Counted from the whole stretch's first letter, positions 24,750 to 38,565 are shown. The stretch: DNA of 62,571 nucleotides, filler included, from Gonapodya sp. JEL0774 (GCA_027604505.1; 25 parts of 25 records of this genome joined end to end with filler, not necessarily neighbours in it); one strand, 5' to 3'. Numbers and translations: made by a program. Notes: generated from the sequence alone by a model not told the origin.

Positions 24750-25936
24750 CCGACTATTGTCGAGTGACTCTTGGATACTTGGTTGGAGAGATACGTGGGC
24801 AGCAGCAGTTCGTGGTCGTCTCCCTGGGACTTTCTGTTTTGATGTTTGAGTTTGAAACTTGCGTCAATTGTTACAGCGAAATAACCTGCGTATTCTAGTA
24901 ATTGTGCATACATGCAATAGGTATGAAATGACATATCCTTCTCAAATTTCGCGACGTCGGGCAGGTCAATCTGAGTTGATTCGCCCTCCATGAGTCACAA
25001 GGAATCATCCACGGCACGAGACCAATTTTCGAATCCGACCGTGATTATAGCCCCCTGAGCACCCAAATTTTGTTGCTCGCTATGTATGCGCAGGTNNNNN
25101 NNNNNNNNNNNNNNNNNNNNNNNNNNNNNNNNNNNNNNNTTAATTAATTAANNNNNNNNNNNNNNNNNNNNNNNNNNNNNNNNNNNNNNNNNNNNCTCAT
25201 GTTCGCTGTCGAGTTTCCTGGCTGCGGAGAGGATCCGGACATGGACTTTGATCCTCTTTGCCAAAAGATTGGGTCAGCTGTTTTCGCGGAAAAGCGCAAA
25301 CCACCTGCGACCGCCCCCCAAGAATGCGAACAGGCGCCCGAAAAACACACAAGGGCGCTGGAGATCATTCTTTAAAACCACGCGGAACTTCTTATGTCAT
25401 TTACTCTCCGACGACAGCCATGAGGAAGCACTCGTTTCCAAAACGTTAAGATATGAGACTTTGTTGGGTCGGTCCTTCTATTTCCCAGTTTGGAAAACTT
25501 TCTCATCACAACGTTCAAGAGCTCCGTTCCTAATAAATAATGGAGTCTAAGGAGCGCATGTATAAGCATTCGAGACGGAGCGTTGCACGTGCAAGACTGA
25601 TGGAAGTGAAGCCAACGATGGTACCTGCACTGCTCGTCCGAAGCAGTGACTTGGGGTATCATGGAGGGACGAAGAGTGCTAAGATATCGCTGGAATCGCA
25701 ATAAAATGTTAACACTGTTATCGATAAATCAGTCGCTTTGTAATTCGGAGATGCATGCGGCTTCACCTGTCTTTGACCGTTTCTCGATGTCGATGCTGAA
25801 GATGAAAATACAGAGTCTTCGACTGGAGTAACCTTCCTAGTACCTTCAATAAAAGCTATTGACGCACTGTGATGTGTTGAGGAATGAGGGCGAACCAAAG
25901 ACCTCACACCTGCGCAACGTCCTGAGAGTGCTGAAC

Positions 25937-27601
25937 ATGCAAGACTCGTCGTATGGCGAAGATACAAGTATTGCGCAGCGACGACTTGAGCTGGAACAGA
26001 GAATTGAGGACGAAGAGGATGATGCGGCGGACTTACAGGAAACGCTGCAAAGAACCGACGCGATCGCCACAAGGATGGTGAGCATGACTCTAAGAACAAG
26101 GTCGTAAGGATCCGGCGCTAGGTGTTTCATGCAAACAACTGCTTCTTTTGCTTCCTCATGTAGACCCAAATCCTCTCTACGTTCGATGAAAGACTGATAC
26201 GACTCGAGCGGACGATAGCTCCGGTTCACAAGCAAATGACAAAGCTCACCGCATTACACGACAGTCAGTTACCATTGTCTTTTTGCAGTTTATATTTTGT
26301 GAATGTTAATCGCTCTCTTCGTGGATTCGCAGACATCGATGGGACAATCTTGCAGATTGAGCTCGTCATGAGTTATTTTGACTTGGCCGGACGTGAGGAA
26401 GCCGCTATTACCAAGGGGTGAGTTGCAATACTGCACAAATGCATCATCAGCGAGTGATGTGCTTGATCTTTCACCCGCTGATGTTCAGACCCCGCGAAGA
26501 GCACCTTCAACGTTATATGGATGCCGTCACCCGAGTAAGAGATGCCTACAATTATCTCTCCAAGTCGCAATTTCGCAGTGCAGACCGAGCCATAACCAAT
26601 TTGGTAAAGTGGACGTTATCATTGGAATGCTATGCCCATAGCGTGACCATTTCGTGCTGATGTTCGCCACCAGCGAACCCTCCTAGCCACTGGTTTGGGA
26701 AAGCTGGAAGACCTCTTTCGTAAAACTCTCAATGGTATCAGTGCATCTACTGATCTCAGCTCGCTCCCAAGCTCAAGTGTGTTGATGTTGCTCCCTTCTT
26801 TACTTCTTCAAGCTGCCTGACACGTTTTATGATTAACTCCCACCAGGTCTCCCCCTTCCTCCCATGGCCACCCTGCAAAACCTCCTCACTCTCTCTGGAT
26901 TCATATCGGGCGCTGAGTACGACGGTCTTCGCTACACTGACGTCGTGGGCACCTACATCTCTATCCGCCAACCCCCATTCGCCAAGTCAATCGCACCTCT
27001 CGCCCAGGCGGCTACCATCATGGCTCCGCGCGTTCAATCGTACACGAAAGGTTCCGGTGCGCACATTGCTTATGCTCGTGCCCTTGGCTTACTCGCTGCA
27101 GCTGAGGATCGGGTGGCTGGCTCCGCTCTTCCCGTGGACGTTTCACCTCCTGCGTTTGCCGGCGTTGTGAGCGCGGCGTTCTCGGCCTTTGTTGAAAAGT
27201 GCGATGCGCTTGTCGCGAGGGTTAAAAAGGCAGGCTCGAGGGGCGACTACACAGAGATCGTGGTGCTGGTGGACCTTGTGGAGACGATTCGGAAGAATCT
27301 AACAGAGACCAAGGGTGATTTCATCAAGGTAGTGTGATTGTCTTTTTAATGACCCGATGTTCATCCTTTGTTGTATCACAGCGTTATCGTGCTCATCATA
27401 GGACGCAGGACGTCCAGGACAGGAAATTTTGGATCTCCTTGCCTCATGCAACTCCACCATCATCGGTATGCTTCGGGATTTGTACGTCGAAATACGTACC
27501 GAAGCGAACAAGCAGAATGTGGCAGTAGACGGAACCGTTCACGAGCTTACGAGCAATGTAGGTGTCGTTCGGGACAATCATTCCAGGCCGATTTACCTTT
27601 T
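25937..27601 (+). CDS. EXO70: Exocyst complex component Exo70, 3' truncated
   Basis: LQETLQRTDAIATRM|TQILSTFDERLIRLERTIAPVHKQ...NIDGTI...AITKG|P...LEDLFRKTL...YISIR...YTKGS pattern typical of the Exo70 N-terminus. Confidence 0.88.
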
Positions 27602-27701
27602 NNNNNNNNNNNNNNNNNNNNNNNNNNNNNNNNNNNNNNNNNNNNTTAATTAATTAANNNNNNNNNNNNNNNNNNNNNNNNNNNNNNNNNNNNNNNNNNN
27701 N

Positions 27702-30105
27702 TAGCAGCACGAATCAAATCATCTTGGAGGGCTTTCAATCGTACGTCCTGTTCTCCTGTTGTATGCACGCGATCTGCACTACTGGACAGTCGTTCTGGCG
27801 GAACAGAATCTTCCTCGCTTCGATATTGCTGGTGATCCATGAGTTCCAATGTCCGGTCGGTAACTTCTGGCTGCTGTCTCTCAAGAAGTTGCACTCGGTT
27901 TTGGCTTTGGGATAACAATATGGAAAGTCGAGTATCCAATAGCTTGCGGACTCTGGCCATCTCGGCGACTGCAAAACGATCGCCAATAGCTATCGTGCCC
28001 ATGAAATTAGAGAACTCTCGCTAAGGAAAAGTGTATGAGAAGGGCTGGTGAACTGAATACGATTTCTCTTGGTGCATACCTCATCGTCTGTACCAAAATC
28101 GTTCCCGTCTTGTGAAATCAAGTTCCCAGCAAGCGCCACGAACCGTTTGAGGGTCTCCGTTTCCTCATGTATCTCTGCTGCTATTGTGTTTAACCAAATT
28201 CGTTGCTGAGAATCATTTCTCTCAAGTTCTTGGACTTTAAGCTTGGCCAACCTCAATTCTTCGAGAACCACAGATGAGGCACTGCGATCCTGCTCAAGAG
28301 TCTCTGATAAATGTTTACTCAAAAATTCTGCTTTGAGGAGCTTGGACTCCAGATGAGTGATGGTTTTTCGTCCTTCTTCAACTAATTTATCAGACACCTG
28401 ACGTTGCTCTGCCAACTGTCCCTCCCGCCTTGCTGAGTCAGCCATCGACAAATGCTGGTCCCGAATCTTCGCTTGCATCTCTCTGATTTGATCCCTCAGA
28501 GTCGCAACCGCAGGCACGATGTCCACACTGCTAATATTCTCTATTCCACTGCCTCTCCATGCGGTTTCTGCAACTGCCTCAACGATGATTTCCCTCGCTT
28601 GCGTTAACTGAGCCTCCTGTTCACAAATTTGAATGGATTTAATGTTCAATGATTCTTGCAAATCTGCGATAGATTTCCGAAGTTCGAGAACGAGCGCCTG
28701 ATATCGACAATTCTTTAGTTCGGCCGACTTGATATGGGCGTCCGATTCGACAACGCTTCTCCGGGCTTCAAGTATGTCACTCTCCAATTTTTCAATGCGT
28801 CGGTTCATGTTTTCCACATTTGCTAGAGCCTTCCCCAACTGAGGGGCAACCGGTTGGACTCCTTGTTCTGACCCCAATCTCGTGTCGTCCGCCTCATCGT
28901 TCACATCAGGTGAGTTAAATGTGGCTGCGCCATTCAACCCCTCGGCCATGGACTGCCTAATAGTTTCGCCAATCTCCTTGACCTGGGCCTCTAATCCGTC
29001 CACCCGGTCGGCTTCTTCGTCCAGGTCTCTCGTCACTTCGTCCACATGAATCTCCATTTGCGCTGAGCGAGACCGCAGGTCCGCCAAGTTCTGCTCGAGC
29101 GAGATGCATCGGGTGCGTAGGAGCATCAGCTCCGAGATATCACTCTCGCGGTCGCTCAATTCCGATTCCAGAACAGCAATACGACGCGTCAGCTCCGACA
29201 CACGAGAGACGCTAGCGTCGTAGGCGTACGGGTCACCGGGTCCAGTTGAGGTGGAGAATTTGGCGTGGACCTCTTTGGACCCGGACTCTCTTTGCTCCAG
29301 CGTCTCCTTAATAAACCGATCCCGTTCAGCAAGTGCGACTTCGATTTCCGCGATACGGTGAGTGAGAGCCTGAACCGTAACAGCTGGATCTGATATACCT
29401 TCCGCTGACGCGTCATAAGCTGCCTAAACGTGTGGAAAAGGAAGAAAGAATGTAGTCTGCTTGGATATCTGAGGTCTAACTAAGTAGGCAGTACAAACCT
29501 TCAACCTTGCCTCATATCTTTCCATCATACTTGCAATCTCCCTTTCCATATCCTTCTGAGCTTCTTTCTGCAAATTTCTCACAACGTTCTCGCCGTCCAT
29601 TTGCAATTTCTCGATTTCCTCGCGAGTCCGTTGTACTTCTAATTCCTTCTCTTCCACGAGTCTGCGAAGAGAATCTGCTTCCTGTTCCAACATTTTATTT
29701 GCGCTTTCCCTGGCTCCAACTCCAGTTCCACGCATTGCTCGTTGCTCCAACTCTCTGATCGCGCGTCTCCGATCAGCAACTGCGGCCTCCAGCTCGCGAA
29801 GTGTTTCGGTTAAGGTTGTAAGTGCAGGATTCATGGCTGTATGTCTTTCAAACAAAGAACTGGACGGAACAGAGCTGTTAGAAGAAGATGTGAAAGCCTC
29901 CAGCCGCTCGATTGAAGCCTAGGCACACATGTGATACCACGAGTACACCTGTTAGCACACCCACTCGAGTTCAGACTAAGTTTATCCGAACCTTAACACG
30001 CCCTTCCATGCCGCCCAGTACAGCTTCCACTTCTTTGCCCCTCTCCAGGCCCACCCATCGAAGTCTGTCCTGCGCTTCTGCCAATCGCACTTCATATCCC
30101 TCAAT
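27702..30105 (-). CDS. Long coiled-coil protein, internal fragment
   Basis: Successive E/L/R-rich heptad ORFs (29424-29855, 27990-29201, 27702-28002) linked by probable introns. Confidence 0.7.
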
Positions 30106-30205
30106 NNNNNNNNNNNNNNNNNNNNNNNNNNNNNNNNNNNNNNNNNNNNTTAATTAATTAANNNNNNNNNNNNNNNNNNNNNNNNNNNNNNNNNNNNNNN
30201 NNNNN

Positions 30206-30390
30206 GAGGAATACCGCCAGCGACGGGTACTTCTTCAGTAACAGTAACAAATGCGGGTGGATCATCATCCTCTGCAACACAAACTGCGCTTCCAAAAGCA
30301 GGAAGCGCCAGCGTACTTCAATTGGACAAGCCGTTATGGTTCGGTATTACAGGCGGAGCAGCGGTGCTGGCGCTTGCTGCTTTGGTATAA
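30206..30390 (+). CDS. C-terminus of a probable GPI-anchored Ser/Thr-rich cell-surface protein
   Basis: ...TGTSSVTVTNAGGSSSSATQTALPKAGSASVLQLDKPLWFGITGGAAVLALAALV*: omega-like GSA then a hydrophobic terminus. Confidence 0.65.
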
Positions 30391-31638
30391 ATTTATACTT
30401 GCTGTCTATGATTGACATGTCATTAATTTCTCATCATGAAGAGAAAAAAGATATATACACCGAAACAGTGTTTCCCGAAGGGCTAGCAACAATATCTGTC
30501 ATCATCTAAGCACGCAAATACGCGTCATGGGCGTAAGTCGCAAAAGATACAATTGTCCCTTATATCACATCTCCGGCACGTGTTTGCGCCCTTTAATACC
30601 AAGACTGCAATTTCTCTGAAAGAGAGCGGCCCAGGCTCAGTGAGACGCTTCTTCTTGATCTCGTGTCACTTCGAGATTACACAACTGAATTCGCCAGTCG
30701 GAGTCCGCAAGGAAGTAACACTTGTCGATTGCTGGTGATGTAATGTTTCTACTATACCCGAACTGTCAGGCTCAATCCAGGGTTTCATTCGAGAAAGTGT
30801 TCTGCGGACTGTGATGGTCTCTTCGAACAGAAGAAACCACCCCCACAAGAGAAACCTGAAATGCTCTTTTGGCCGGCTGATTTGCAAGCCACAAGAGCAA
30901 TTGAAGATTCTTCGAGTTGCCCGCAGATTCCATGAGTCAAGAGGTTGAAACCTGTCCGAACGAGCTAAAGATCTCGATAAGCACAAGTCACACGGCCCAA
31001 AATCCGTCCTCCCCAGTACAGATGATGCCGCCCGTGCCGAGCGATTCACGTAGGAAATGTTCGCCTCCACTCACGAATGGAGCATAGCAGGCCGAGCTTT
31101 CGCCCAGTTGCGAGACCATCGATGCTGCAGAGGCGCGTACACTCTTGTCGCCGCTTGGAAACCCCGGTAACACTCAATCGGTAGCCGAGGCATATTATCA
31201 GCGCGTGGGATAGTATTTGGGGAAGGTATTCAATCAATATGACTGAGTAACTTCATGGGGAAAGAAGAAAATGTTCCGTTTATATCTCAGAGTGCACGGT
31301 GCCCAAAGTGTCACACCACTTTGTTCGAGTCTGATACAGAATCGGCAAACAAAAAGATTATTTCCGGTCTTTATTATGCAGTGATGCAGCATCTGTCAAA
31401 ACAATATCATGAACACTCCTGTTCTGAGAGAACATACTACTGGTTGTGATCAAGTTGACAAGTGCCTTCGAGGACGACTATAATTCACCCGACGTTCCTA
31501 GCTACATAAACGTGTGAAATCAACTCTCACATCCTTCTCAATAGTGGCGCGGGAGGTGAGGTGCTCTGGCATCCACAGATGGGTCGATCGCGGCACCAAG
31601 GTTTGGAAGAAAAACCTGTAATTGAAACACCTCACCCC

Positions 31639-32609
31639 ATGGCGGCATCGAAATACGGTGAGGAGGAACGGAAAGGAATGATTCGTACTGGCATTGTCAG
31701 AGTAATGGCAATGGCCCGGCAGCTGGACGAATCCCGGGATCTTTCTCAAATTCCTCTTGCACGTCTGCCCATCTCTGCAATATCCCCACTCTCTCTGATA
31801 TCTGTGACCTGATCACACAACATCCGCAATTGCAGCGCTTCTGTCCGTTTCCGACAAGACCGGCCTTCTGGATCTTGCCAGGGGACTCCATTCTTTCGAA
31901 GTGAAGCTAGTAGCCAGTGGTGGAACAGCGAAGGCCATTCGCGACGCTGGATTACCTGTCGCGTGAGTAGAGAAAGATTCCAAGATTCCAAGGCGGAAAC
32001 AGATGGATCCGAATCTCATCTCCGGCCACCGTCTCGTCACGGAAGTGATGTAGCGGATATTACCCAGGTTCGTGGCACAGCTTTGATCCCACATCTGTCC
32101 GACATTCATTGAGGCCACCTCGTGACACAGGCACCTGAAATGCTCGGGGGCCGTGTAAAAACTCTCCATCCTGCCGTTCATGGAGGTTCGTCCACCCATC
32201 AATATCCGCACGTGGACACGCGCTCCAACTCAATGCCCTTTCAGGTATTCTTGCTCGAGACATTCCCCAAGACGATGCCGACATGAAAGCTCGAGGTTAC
32301 GACAAGATCGATTTCGTGGTGTGCAACCTATACCCCTTTCAAAAGACTGTCGCTAAAGAAGGTGTCACCATTCCCGAGGCAGTAGAGGAAGTTGACATTG
32401 GTGAGTTGCAAGATTGCTCTCGGGCTCTTCAGTTAATCTTCAATGGAGTGCGCCCGCTTGTATGCAGGCGGTGTAACTCTTCTCCGAGCCGCCGCAAAAA
32501 ACCATGCCCGTGTCACAGTGGTCAGTGATCCTACTGATTACGTTGGACTCCTCGAAGAGCTCAAGGCCACCAAAGCCGCAACCGGCGAGGTAAAAGTGTC
32601 GGAAGCAAC
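31639..32609 (+). CDS. ADE17: Bifunctional IMP cyclohydrolase / AICAR transformylase, 3' truncated
   Basis: [68 protein letters not shown] (ADE16/ADE17/ATIC/purH family). Confidence 0.96.
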
Positions 32610-33982
32610 NNNNNNNNNNNNNNNNNNNNNNNNNNNNNNNNNNNNNNNNNNNNTTAATTAATTAANNNNNNNNNNNNNNNNNNNNNNNNNNNNNNNNNNN
32701 NNNNNNNNNACCCATCACCAGGCCCTACATACGTCTCTGAGCTAGATACACCCTAACGTACCCACCCCAGGACAACCCCTCCACATGTTCACATCACTGG
32801 GGAGCCCCTCCAATCGCGTCAGCGCTGGAACACATAATAAAGCGTACCTCAGAGCGAGGTGGCCTGTACTTTCCCACATCTGTTCATGCTCGACATCGGG
32901 AACGAAATCGATTTGGCCAGGGAGCCAATATTTCCCGAATCAGCAAAACTTTGTTCTATGGGGTCTGTTGCCAAGAACCTTTCCGAGAAGAAAGGCCAAA
33001 TACCCGCGTTCAAAACATAGTAAGTAATTATATCCCATTCTGGATCTTATGGGTCTTTTCGCGGGGATTCGTTGAAGCTGACACATATTATATATTGGAT
33101 ATAATTATCCGACGTTGACGCAGGCCAGAGCTGACGTGAGGAAGATAAACTAACTCACCTGAAGAAAGTGTCTTTGTCTGCTTGTTTCTTGCCTAGAAAG
33201 CGCTCCAGAGCAAAATTTTGTGTGATGAGGGGACATTGAAAATCCGCAAGAAACATACAAAAACAACGAGCAGAGTTACTCAACGCGTGCGAGGAAACAA
33301 GCACTATCGCGGCCGTTCTCTTCGTGGTTTGCTGGTGCTTGTCTGTAAATAATATAAATGCGCTGCTGAGGGCGGGACAGTCTTGAGGGTCTTCGTCCTG
33401 TCCTGTCTACCACGTCTCCGTACTGAAAGGCCTCGCCGGGTCAAGACGCCGCCGGCTGCCAAGCGCAGTTGAAAGCTGTTTCAAACGCAGAATCGCTCAG
33501 CTTCCCCGAGAGCCGTCTTCTCACTCTCGTACTCGGTGGCGCCTCTTCCCACCAGCCACGTTCAGTCCCGCCTGTCATCCGGTTACGCCGGGGCTCGAAA
33601 ACACGACGTTCAACTGACATCGTCGCTCTCAAGGGCTACTGAACATATTTTCTGTCCAAAGCGTGTGGACATTGATTGGATTTGGTTCCAAGAAGGGCCA
33701 ATTTGCGCGGTAATGTTTTTGTCGGGGACGCGTTTTGTATGGCGCCGCTCTGTGTACGGATGGCCTTCGCCAAGACGCGTACAACAGCGTTAAATGCTCA
33801 ATCTCTGTGTGCTTTCTTTCCTCCTGCTCTTGCGTGTCGCCACTCTTTGGAACCGGCCGCTGTAACCGTTCATAGTCCTCCGCGGGGTCAATTTTTGTCA
33901 TCCCCAGACTTGCTCTCCCTAACTCTACACTCGTACCACAATCCCGGACATTCAATTCTTCTGAAGATACCCCCCAAAAAAT

Positions 33983-35113
33983 ATGGCCTCCAGCAATGCC
34001 CTTCATAACTGGAAATCAATAGGTGAGCTCCTCAAGAAGCTCCGGGTTCAAACTTCTGCTTGGGCGGTCGCGAATGCTTTGAGAAGGTGGTTTGACCATC
34101 TGACCTTCCTCTGAAAATATTACTATAATCTATCCGATATGCAGGACCCAGAGAAGGTATGTTGTGTCCGAAACGTTCCGGAGCTTGAGCCCCTTGTTTA
34201 CACAGGATCTCCTGTGTCCTTTGAATCAATGTCCGCCTCTCAGAGGAACTTCTCGAAATCAACTATCAGCGAAATAGCAATCCTCCTTCCGGAACGAAGA
34301 TGCAACTGGCGCTTGAGCTCCATATCAGTCCTCAAAACATTGGGAGGTGGGATTGGGTTTGTTTAGAAACACCGCGCTTGTCGTTCGTTCCCTAATCTAC
34401 CATGAATCTCCTCTTTTCTATCAGGTGGTATAGTGCCCGTCGTCGGCGCGATGAAGGACTCGGTGAGCCCACCGGACAAAGCCATTCTGACGGGCCACCT
34501 TCATCGAACCCTAATGTATCCTCACGCTTGCAGCGCGTGCAACGCGAAAAGAAGCCCATCAACTCATCGTTCTCGCCGACTTCTTTTCGGTCAACCCGTT
34601 TCCATCTCAAGTCGAGAAGGAGGAACTTGCAAGGACAACCGGTCTCTCATACAAGCAAGTCAACTCGTGGTTCCAGAATCAACGGAAGAAAAACGGCATG
34701 ACAAATCTCAGTAATTTGCCTAGCGACGTGGGTATCGATGATGGTTCCATGACAGTTTGGTGAGAACATACCAATGACAATCATGCTGGACCAAATATAC
34801 ACCACCAAAGCGCCTACAATACTGGCACCAACATGTGGCCGAACATATTCGGTTCGCAGAAGAGCGTCGCAGCGATGAACTAAACAATAGTTTGACCCAA
34901 CCTCTATCTCCTTCCGTGAGCGCACCACCTGCACATTTACTAGCACCACCTGTGAGCTCCTCTTGGAACCACCCAATCGGCAATCCCCCAGATCCGCGAC
35001 TCGGTCTCTCACAAAACCAGCAGATTGGACCAGACGGGCGCAGCAATGGTCCTTCGCAAGTGGACGGGACATCGCAATTACACAGCGCTCCTGCATCTCA
35101 ACCAATGTCGCAG
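33983..35113 (+). CDS. Homeobox protein with two tandem homeodomains, 3' truncated
   Basis: Spliced: ...EELLEINYQRNSNPPSGTKMQLALELHISPQNIGRWYSARRRR-DEGLARATRKEAHQLIVLADFFSVNPFPSQVEKEELARTTGLSYKQVNSWFQNQRKK. Confidence 0.85.
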
Positions 35114-35213
35114 NNNNNNNNNNNNNNNNNNNNNNNNNNNNNNNNNNNNNNNNNNNNTTAATTAATTAANNNNNNNNNNNNNNNNNNNNNNNNNNNNNNN
35201 NNNNNNNNNNNNN

Positions 35214-36756
35214 TTCCATGCGTAATCGTTGCCACCCTCTGCGAGAGGAACCAACACGAAAACGAGCCCAAGAACCAACAAGAAGGTTCCAAGGAAGTCC
35301 ACCCTCTTAAGACCCTTGGCAACTTCACCGGACCCAACCTGATTGAAGGGCACGTCGTTTTATTAGTACTTACACGACGTGATGAATGGGACATGGACGA
35401 CCAACACGCACAGGTAATTTGAGGACCAAAATAACAACGAGGAGTGTTGCGGCGCCGATCGGGAGGTTGATGTAACTATCACCGAAAGAGAGCGCACCGC
35501 TTGAAGTGTAACGCCATCACTTGCAATACTGTGGTTAGACCGAATCACTTACAAGCACCATCGCCAGTTGACGTGATCCCTGGAAAATCGAATACATCCT
35601 TGAGCTCCCGACGACAACTTTTGATCTCGCGGGAGACCTACGTAAAAGCACCACCCATCAAAGGTCCTGCAACGGATGCAAAACCAAAAACACCTGCAAT
35701 ATCCAATATTCAGTTATTATTGCTCGCAGTATGCATGCGCCCGATCTCACCTCCGATCGCTCCTTGGTACAGTGGGCGTTTTTGCAAAGGAACTATGTCT
35801 CTGCATTCACTAATCAAAATCTGGGCAATCTTTCCAAGTCCGGTTGCACTCTACTCACGAGATAATAACAATTACGAGGGACAGAATACCACCGCCACCG
35901 AGGCCGGCAACTGCTCGTCCGATTATTAGCATGTTCATCGAGGTAGCAGCTCCGCATATCGCACTCCCAAGTTCGAAAATAACGACCGCAGCAAGGATGA
36001 CGGGCTTCCGACCGAAGATGTCTGCAGACTTTCCATATAATGGAATGAATGCTGTCGCACGGTGACAGTGAGACTTGTGAACGCTACTTTGAAGAGTGGG
36101 AGGACAGATCACTCACCAGTTGCAGTAAGCAAGTACGCGGTGAAAACCCAAGAGGTTCCACTGAATGTTTGGAAGTCTGCCAATAAGGAAGGTGTGGAAA
36201 GATTTGAGCTGAGCAAGGGAATCTTCCGTGTCGTCAACGTCGATCCCACCTGTTATGATTGATGCTATTGAAAGTGTGAAGTATGCATGCCCGAGTTTTT
36301 GTTGGTGGATTTGGAGAGACAGGTTGCAGAAAACTGGGAACTCACGTAACGCGACCGAAAGAATAGTTTGATCCAAGGCAGCCAAGAAAACGATTAGACT
36401 GGCGGCCCGGAACAGTTTCCACCATGGTTATCAAAACCACGTTAGTTGAAGTGTTCTGTACTATACAAATCGAAGGATACTTACGCCAGCCTGGAGAGAA
36501 AAGAAGAGTATGGGAGACAGGCAGATGACTATAGCTCGCACATCAAAATGCACAAAGCTTACAAAACTCACCCGACAAACAACAAAGTGAACGTCAACGG
36601 GGTATACTCGATAGGAGCTTGTGATTTGTCAGCTTTCGAGTCTTCATAGATATCCATCTCTGTTTCGGTGACTTCCGCCTTTTGTTGACTAGTAGGTGTG
36701 TTCGATTCCATGACGATTTCCGATTTATGAGGCTCCAGTGACACGGGCTGAGACAT
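35214..36756 (-). CDS. MFS drug:H+ antiporter (DHA2), 3' truncated
   Basis: FLAALDQTILSVAL, PLYGKSADIFGRK, FELGSAICGAA...LIIGRAVAGLGGGG, RVDFLG, EGGNDYAW. Confidence 0.93.
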
Positions 36757-37330
36757 TTCGACACAGTTTGATGTCCTATCGCGAAAAAATCCACTTGCCG
36801 ATTTCATCAACGTGGAGCTTTTATGAAGGATCAGTGAGGAAAAACTGATGAACCGATGTTTCCGTCTATATCCCTCACCTGCCTTCTTTTCTCTGTGTCA
36901 TGGAGCCCCAAAGTACCACCAAATGTGTTTGAGTACATCAAGCTATGTCGCATGGAGCAACCATGTGGAGTCTAGCTGGCAGAGGAATGCGAGAACTATC
37001 CCTCTGAACAGATCAAGCATAACTCTGTCACCCCTGAGCGAGGCATCCTCAAGAGGACGCTGCTGTATGTACGGAAACAGTAGGATATAAGACGATTTTC
37101 CGACGACTCTTCACGAACTCTTCACGATTATTTGTTTCTTGTTCCAGCTGTCCAGGAACGATCGATGCAACACGAATCCCCGGCACATACCCCCAAGCAC
37201 ATTTGCCAATCCATTAAGGGCATGTGTTCATTTTGATGCAAACTTTGACCAATTCTAATTCTACGGTCTAGTAATGAAATACACGGAGTACGAATGAGGC
37301 GGGCATGCATGATAACCTTGTCCCTTTGTT

Positions 37331-37617
37331 TCAACCTGCTACAGCCATCTCCATCCCTTTCGGAAGCTTTGTTCGCTTCACAAACAAGGTTCCAATCAAG
37401 TACATGCTCGCAAAAGGTACCGCGAGAATGAACAGATAGGACAGACCGACAACATATGCCCGTATGACGCCTTCCAACTCGTTCGGGGGAATAAGGAAGT
37501 CGGGCGCAGTCCGCAAGTTCGAAGGGTTATTCTTTACGTACGAGAGGACAGCGTTGGGGGCGAATTCTTCAAGCGAAGTGGTTAACTTGTTGGAAAATAC
37601 CTGCAGAAGTTTGCATG
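37331..37617 (-). CDS. MFS (DHA2) transporter C-terminus, tandem upstream paralogue
   Basis: VFSNKL...VIRAYVVGLSYLFILAVPFASMYLIGTLFVKRTKLPKG* typical of the last DHA2 helix. Confidence 0.8.
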
Positions 37618-37717
37618 NNNNNNNNNNNNNNNNNNNNNNNNNNNNNNNNNNNNNNNNNNNNTTAATTAATTAANNNNNNNNNNNNNNNNNNNNNNNNNNN
37701 NNNNNNNNNNNNNNNNN

Positions 37718-38565
37718 GAGCTTCACTCGAATCCACAGAAGCTTGCAGGCCGACAGAAGAATGTCCTTCCAAGAGTTTGACAATGTCCATGTGGCCATTT
37801 TGCATTGCCTCGAACTTTGCTCTTCCCATTAAGTTCTGTGCTACTTGTGACGGTCCTCCCAAAGCATTCGCCCCTCGCTCCAAAAGTAGCCTTGCTAACT
37901 CTAAGTTTCCGTTACTCACGGCAATTCGAAGTGCCAAATTATCAAAGTGATGAATATCTGATCCGTGGTCCAGCAGGGTGGATACCACGTCGACATGACC
38001 GTGCATGACAGCAGCTTGCAGGGGACCATAATCACGAGACAAACCGAAGATGCGCAAGAATTGGAATACACTGTGGGGCAATAGATCAAGCCAACCTTGT
38101 CACGACGGATCTGCAGTTACGGTGAGCGAGGCTATTTCGCACAACTCACGCGATTGGTTCCTCTCCGGCGTGAATGTCAGCACCTGCGTTGAGCAGAATC
38201 TCCACGATAGTTGTGTTTCCGGCCCAAGCTGCCGCGACCAACGGGGTAACATCGACTCCATGGGGAGCAACGGCCTCGTCATCGATCCTGAACCCCTCAC
38301 ACCGCTCAACACGCTGCAAGATCGACTTGATTACGAGGTACTGATCAGCTCCAGATCTCCAACATTCCCACACCAAAGTCTTGGATGGGTGCTGGTGGTG
38401 GGCGAGCGCTCTCACTGCGATGCTGGAGGGAGTGCCGAAAATGGTGACCAGACGCCTATTGAGAGCGCCCGTCGGCAGACCGAGACGAAATTCAAGGTGG
38501 TTGGCTATGCGAAGGAGGATTTCATCCGGCAGGTCCGTGAGGAGAATGGAGGTGCGAGATTGCAT
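37718..38565 (-). CDS. F-box + ankyrin-repeat protein
   Basis: LLTDLPDEILLRIANHL (F-box); TPLVAAAWAGNTTIVEILLNAGADIHA, PLQAAVMHGHVDVVSTLLDHGSDI, ALRIAVSNGNLELARLLLERGA (ankyrin repeats). Confidence 0.88.

Noticed and set aside
30500..31500. Short ORFs between the GPI-type gene and ADE17
   Set aside because: No recognisable motifs or consistent splice structure.
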